Assembly (NCBI GenBank): GCA_964016885.1
Contig: OZ024746.1
Span: 57,040,001-57,104,000 of the forward strand
Reading direction: 5' to 3'
From: Eledone cirrhosa
Taxonomy: Eukaryota
Length of the DNA: 64,000 nt
Part shown: positions 57,661-64,000 of the stretch, in pieces
Layout: the number at the start of each line of letters is the position of its first letter
Numbering within the stretch: the stretch's first letter is position 1
Notes under the pieces: model-generated
What the model saw: the letters and a program-made list of their open reading frames with translations, nothing else
The model's database searches: none
What the model was told of the DNA's origin: nothing
Made by a program: the position numbers and the translations under genes

Positions 57661-59250
57661 GTATGTATGAATGTACGTATGTATAATTTTGTATAGTTGT
57701 TATCTTTCTCTTAATTTCAAATACATTTGTGTATGTGAGTACAGGTGTATGTATGTATGTACCTACGTTCCTATGTATGTACGTATGTATGTATGTTAGT
57801 ACGTATGTATGTATGAATATATGTATGTGTTTATGTATGTATGTACGTATGTATATACGTATGTATGTACGTATGTAAGTACTTATGTATGTATGTAAGT
57901 ACGTATGTAAGCACGTAGTAAGTACGTATGTATGTATGTAAGTACGTATGCATGTATGAATATATGTATGTATTTATGTATCTATGTACGTAAGTATGTA
58001 CCTATTTAAGTATGTATGTAAGTACGTATGCATGTATATATGTATGTATGTATGCATGTACGTATGCATGTATGTATGTATGTATGTATGTATGTATGTA
58101 TGTATGTATGTATGTATGTATGTATGTATGTATGTATGTATGTATGTATGTATGCACGTATGTTTGGACGTATGTATGTATGTATGTATAAGTGTAGGTA
58201 TATATCTACGTACGCATCACTATTTCCAAGTAAAATAACTCAATATCTGTTGACACCGAAACAATTCGTTGATTTCCAAACTGCCGATATTTTTCCTTTT
58301 TATTGCTGTTCTTAATGTTGTTGTTCTCGACGCTGTTGTGGTTATATTACATCTTGTTCTCTTTTGGCCGCTGTCGTTCTGTTTCTTTAAATTACACCCA
58401 CTTGATGTTGTTCTTGTTATTCCAATTTCTGCTACTACTGTGGCTGCTGATGATTCAATCATATCTTTTTTGTTCCTTTTGTTTTCGTGTAAGCTTGGCT
58501 GTCATTGAATAGCTTTTCAAGCATCGATCGCTGTCACACAGGTAGACCTTGATTCACCAAAGCTATAATTGTCACTTGAATGGAACAGCTAATGGCCTAT
58601 AAGAACGTAGATACATCCGTAATACGTATCTATTAAAACCATTTTAACCACATACCTACAATAAATATACTTTAAACTGATCTCAGCTTTGTCACACTCA
58701 AAGTAGTCAGCTTCGTATTTCCGACATTACTTCATTGACAGAAAATTACCAATTCTATTACTTACCATAGTAAATGTCACTTTAAGATATTTTCTCTAAG
58801 AATTTAGTATTCTTATTTTGCTTTGCTTAGCATTTATTTCCCATTTTTATTTTGTCACGAGAAAATATTTCCTTTTTGTTGGTGTTATTTTCTCATATAG
58901 TTCTCTTATTTTATTTTAAAGAGCAATGTGTTAAAACTAGAGAATGGTTGAGTAATTGCCTGGAGATATACATGTGCTTAACCCTATGCAACTACGTATG
59001 CAGGCCACCACATATCACAAAATCATACACACACTATATGATATTTATCCGACGTGGATGACATCAGCGACGTTAATATACCCGCACGTTATGTATGTTG
59101 TTAGGCGATTTTCGAATTATATTGTGAGTACATCATATAATATGTGTCATCAGCCTAGATGTACTATATTCTTATTCAATATATCTATTCCTGCTGGTCT
59201 AATGTAGTAGCTTCATAGGGGACATGTGTTTTCAGGTTGTTAAAAGAAGC

Positions 59251-59366
<116 letters not shown>

Positions 59367-59618
59367 ATGTGGCTGCCAACTCGTTTTCGAGTACGGCCAC
59401 TACTTTGTATCCATGTAGGAGAACCCCTACCGATGCGCTGAACGAGTGTGACTTTTTAGTCCAGCCACCGACTTGAAAACTCTGGTACAAACACTACACT
59501 TGCGACAATTATTGACACATAGTGCTGAGCCCATGGTACCATGTGATGACAAGTGCAGGGAGATCTCCAGATATAAATCAATGCCTGTGCCGTGACGCTT
59601 TTATAGTGAGCAAAGGCA
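59367..59618 (-). mobile_element. same element, copy 3, 5'-truncated
   Basis: Reverse complement of the 3' ~250 bp of copies 1 and 2. Confidence 0.8.
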
Positions 59619-59841
59619 TATATATATATATAAGTATGTATACGTACATACATATATGTATACAGACGTACAGTAGTATGTATATATATACATACATGCT
59701 CATATATATATATATATATGTACGTAAGGATTTACCGAACATTTATTATAATGCTCGGTGTGTTTGTAAACAAACATCTCGACTTAAGCCGTACAGTGTT
59801 TAGCAACCTTCGTTGCTCATTTGTTCAACACTGACAAAGGA

Positions 59842-59884
59842 ACGATGTACTAGTTTCACGCTTATTAGCTATCGTCAGCACCGT
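59842..59884 (-). ncRNA. type I hammerhead ribozyme
   Basis: acggtg-ctgacga-tagctaataagcgt-gaa-actagt-a-catcgt. Confidence 0.7.
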
Positions 59885-60315
59885 ATATCTTCCTGCCAGA
59901 TGATTGAACGTCTGAAAGTATATACTTTCCATATGCATATTAACGACTGAGCAGCCTAATTTGCATATCGAGTGAGTTAATCGGCCGGGCGCGCCAAAGG
60001 CGATAAACGGTAATAAATGAAACGAAATGTCATTTCTCACTCTTAGTACGGCTGTTACTTAAATATAAGTATCGATACGTACATACATATATGTATACAT
60101 ATATATATACATACATATATGTATACATATATATATACATACATATATGTATGCATATATGCTAAACACTGTTTTCGTTTCATTTTTTTCCGTTTATCAT
60201 TTTCGGTGCGCCCGGCCGATTTACTCACTCGATATGCAAATTAGGCTGTTCAGCCGTTAATATGCATAAGGAAAGTAAATACTTTCAGACGTTCAATCAT
60301 CTGCCAGGAAGGTAT

Positions 60316-60358
60316 ACGGAGCTGACGATAGTTAATAAGCTTGAAACTAGTACATCGT
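60316..60358 (+). ncRNA. type I hammerhead ribozyme
   Basis: acggag-ctgacga-tagttaataagctt-gaa-actagt (palindrome)-a-catcgt. Predicted cleavage after GUA at 60352. Confidence 0.7.
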
Positions 60359-60626
60359 TCATTTGTCAGTGTTGAACAAAAGGGCAACGATGGTTGCTAA
60401 ACACTGTACGGCTTAATTCGGGATGTTTGTTTACAAACACACCGAGCATTATAATAAATGTTCGGTAAATCCATACGTACATCTATATATGTGTACCTGT
60501 ATGTATATATATACATATATACATACTACTGTACGTCTGAATACGTATATGTATGTACGTATACAAACTTATATTTAAGTAACGGCCGTACTAAGAGTGA
60601 GAAATGAAATTTCGTTTCATTTTTCC

Positions 60627-60693
<67 letters not shown>

Positions 60694-60795
60694 CGTGTGT
60701 GTGTGTGTATGTGTGTAAAGGGGTGTATGTGTGTGTATGTGTGTTTTGTGTGTGCGTGCGTATCACATGTGCAACTACGCAGTACGCCATTTTTC

Positions 60796-60835
<40 letters not shown>

Positions 60836-61220
60836 TGAGAGAATTCATAAGTATCAAAGCTATGTTCAAAACATTTATTCACTTACAATTTTTATAAGCT
60901 CTACTTCTAACTGCTTCAAAACGAGATACAACTCACATCTCCATTCTTTCAAAAAACAGAATTTAGCCAACTCCACGTCACTATCTATCTACATACACTA
61001 TCTGAAAACTAGGAATATATAATATACACTTCAATGGGAAGTGGTAGGTAGGGCTGCATCGTATAAACCACCTAATACATTTTGTAACCTATATCTACTA
61101 GAGACCCGTACTTTAATCTTTTCGAATCTTAACCTCATTAATAAAAAAATCGGAAGTGTTTGCGTCGTGCCAACAACGCTTCCGACACTCTTTCCAAAAG
61201 GTTAAACCTAGTATATAATT

Positions 61221-61404
61221 GTTTCTACTTTAGGCACAAGGCCAGCAATTAGCCAGCGCATTAATGGTACTTTATTTTATCGACCCCGTAAGGATGAAAT
61301 ATAAAGTTAACCTCGGCGTGATTTGAACTCAGAATGGCAAGGGCCGTAAACCTATGCGTCAAAGCATGGCGTCCGACCCTCTACCAATACTGCCAAGCCT
61401 CCGC
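61221..61404 (-). mobile_element. full-length tRNA-type SINE with 14-bp TSD cctagtatataatt
   Basis: TSD at 61207-61220 and 61405-61418. Family core and head present. Confidence 0.9.
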
Positions 61405-62828
61405 CCTAGTATATAATTATTTCAGATTTGAACTCATCACCAATTTTAACACTGCACCTCAAGGGCCTGCCTTCCACCACTACACCACACTCTGATCCAC
61501 CCTTTCCACTACACAAATTATTCTATCTATAACTTTATAACCTAGAAATATCCCTATAATCACCACCCTTTAATATAATTACTTTTAATTACTTATAATT
61601 ATATAGGGATTGAAATATAATACAGTTTATATAAACTTTAAATATTAGATACAACAATGAATTATACATGCACTTGTAATTAAATGTATAGAGTAATAAC
61701 ATTGGGTATATATAGGATGAATTTATTAACATAGGGGATTTGACTAACCTATATGCAATATGGAACAATGAATTATATATGAATTATATATGCATTTATA
61801 ACTAAATGGATAGATCAATGACATTGTATATGGGGGCTGAATTTTTTTACTCAAGAGTGTATCTAATTGTAGCATGCAAACAGCCGTACGCTGTTCCATA
61901 GCTTACCTAATGTTATGTAAACAAAAATCTAATTGGACATTTAATATGTTTTGAGAGTAGACTCCATTTAGAGTGAATTTGATATAAAGATATAGCATTT
62001 TGAGTTGGAATTCACAATAATAATGAGTAAACAACTTCCTATAGATACATTTAATACATTATGAGAGAGTAGACTGTACGTAAAATTAAATATAAATATA
62101 TAACCTTTCATATAAGAGACTCAACTGAGGCACCATATAATGTATGTTAGAACAATGCATTTAGCTATGAGAATCAGCTAGTTACCTCCCCTTACGTATT
62201 AGCTCTCCTTAATTACATACCAACTTCCGGATAATAAACCGGTGTAAATTCTCTCAGCCGAAAGAATCTATTCTATGAATATGGATTAAATAACACTGAG
62301 CTTCAATACGTTACAATCCTTTACTGCAACAAACAATCAATACGAATACATAGTAACATATGTGATGAATGTGAAAACTATAACTCCCTTTTTCTGGATG
62401 TGAAAATGGTGGTGGATGTGAAAACTATAACTTTCTTTTTCTGCACAGATACTAATTTGATCTATACAAAAATTACCCCCCCCCCCTACTGCAACCGCCA
62501 TAATACTCTTGTTTACCCGCTTAAAGTGCTTGTATTACATGTAATACCTTGCCACACAATACTCTTATATAAATGAGACACATTTGCATGCTCCATGTAT
62601 GACTAACGCATACACTATCTACTAGATCTTATTATTGAACTATTCTCCTGCATATTCTGTGTTATCTGTCACATGTATTTTAATGTTGATTTTAATTTGA
62701 GTTACTATACAAATATAGTATAGTATAATATATGTCGCTGCACACTGTACATCAATATATATATATATATGTATCTGTATGTCTCTTGCGTTGAGTAGGA
62801 GGTCAACTGTATGTACAAACATTAAAAA

Positions 62829-62877
62829 TTGCTCCGAAGGCTCCAAGCCTAGGTTTGGAAGAAACAATTGTAAGTGA
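62829..62877 (+). ncRNA. degenerate hammerhead motif at a PLE-terminus-like end
   Basis: ttgct-ccgaagg-ctccaagc ctag gtttggaa-gaa-acaattgt-a-agtga, then aataaa. The core has two substitutions. The downstream ~50 bp is repeated inverted at 60841-60890. Confidence 0.5.
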
Positions 62878-63045
62878 ATAAATGTTTTGAACATAGCTTT
62901 GATTCTTATGAATTCTATATAACTGCTCTGTAGAACAACTGATGTTATTACATTGAGCTATTTATCTTACTGGTAATAAGGTAGTAATAAATTACTGACC
63001 TTCCCTGTTTATAGTTTAAAATATACATAACATTAAATAGTATCC

Positions 63046-63082
<37 letters not shown>

Positions 63083-63087
<5 letters not shown>

Positions 63088-63790
63088 ATGACTGAGTACC
63101 TCGAGTAGAATTTTCGATTGAACCCTTTCCGATGAGAGTATACTACAGAAATTATAACTCTCACAACTTGGTCTTGTTGAATTCATCTCTTCAACACCTT
63201 CAAATCAGCTTCTGTTTTGAAAGAACAGTCACATGTTCGACACTGCCTGTCTCCTGCCATTACCTGATGCGACGTCTCTTCATGCATTGTACTATGTTTG
63301 CTCAGTTCAGCAGCTGATTTACAAATCAAGCTACACCCGTAGCAATCATATCGCGGAAAGGTGTGGCCGTATAATTATGTCACTAGTGACTCGGTTTCTC
63401 CCTGACTTGTGAATTTAGATATTTGACAAATCCAGTAGTTTGTAGGAACAATCATCATCACAGATTCCACCACAATTCCACCTGGATCATTGCAGGCACA
63501 TCATTGAGTCCCGCTTACTGTGTTAATGCTTCAAACGGCATGCCCCACCTGCTTTTTCTCAAAGTTACTACTTGTTGTTCATTCTATATGATATATGGCA
63601 TTCAGTCTTTGCCTCTCATTCTACTATATTAATCTACATAGCGTTAAGACTGCGTTTTAGTATATCCCTAATCCGCTGCTACGGTTTATGCTGGGAAGTC
63701 TTTCTTCTAATTAGATGAATCTAATCTGAATCTAAGACTAATCCACTTCATCACGAGCACCGACAATTCCCAGTGCCAAGAACTTAATAA
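63083..63790 (-). mobile_element. decayed copy of the zinc-finger LINE 3' end
   Basis: Minus strand gives RLP..KP*QRIRDILK, YDCYGCSLICKSAAELSKHSTMH and QCRTCDCSFKTEADLK, then a tail cgaggtactcagtcattattat resembling 55385-55406. Confidence 0.65.
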
Positions 63791-64000
63791 TGACTTACTG
63801 AAAATAAAATGGTAGGATAGAATTGCTTTTTATTTACATATAGCTTCTGCATTTCTTACTTCAATATAATCGTGTGTACGTTATTACTCATTGGGATTTG
63901 TCTATCTGTTTAACATAAGCACTCATAAAGGTACACACACACACATACATATACAAATACATATATCCGACATACAACTGTTCATGGAATGTAACCTCTT

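Larger units (their letters stand above)
59630..60630. mobile_element. inverted pair of circularly permuted ~437-bp non-coding units, each with a hammerhead
   Basis: 59630-60070 is the reverse complement of 60567-60630 joined to 60173-60565. tttcgtttcattttt is repeated at 60173 and 60610. Confidence 0.8.

Noticed and set aside
58220-58512. Short overlapping ORFs in a non-microsatellite stretch
   Set aside because: Low-complexity (ttg-rich) sequence with no recognisable domain.
63255-63800. Minus-strand exon (ttttcag acceptor at ~63798, caggtaatg donor at ~63265)
   Set aside because: The interval has stops and is explained as a decayed LINE end.

Overview
AT-rich, microsatellite-dense animal genomic DNA with one 200-N assembly gap. 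The SINE family and repeat landscape suggest a cephalopod such as octopus (inference). I find no convincing host protein-coding exon; most ORFs in the track are translations of (TA)n/(CA)n/(GA)n/(GTAT)n repeats. The window is almost all transposon remains: four decayed Penelope-like retroelement (PLE) loci (RT plus C-terminal GIY-YIG where preserved; two in an inverted fold-back arrangement), an RTE-type LINE with a twin-priming inversion, two LINE 3' ends carrying three C2H2 fingers, two restriction-like endonuclease (R4/Dong-like) 3' ends, a probable L1/Tx1 fragment, many tRNA-type SINEs with TSDs, and a non-coding ~600-bp element sharing the zinc-finger LINE tail. The most striking signal is a set of at least ten type I hammerhead ribozyme motifs, many with a palindromic stem III and some with very long stem II inserts. 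Some sit at PLE termini; others lie in short non-coding, terminally redundant units (315-657 bp) with an inverted partner, which look like retrozyme-like elements mobilised by PLEs. All folds and alignments were made by eye.
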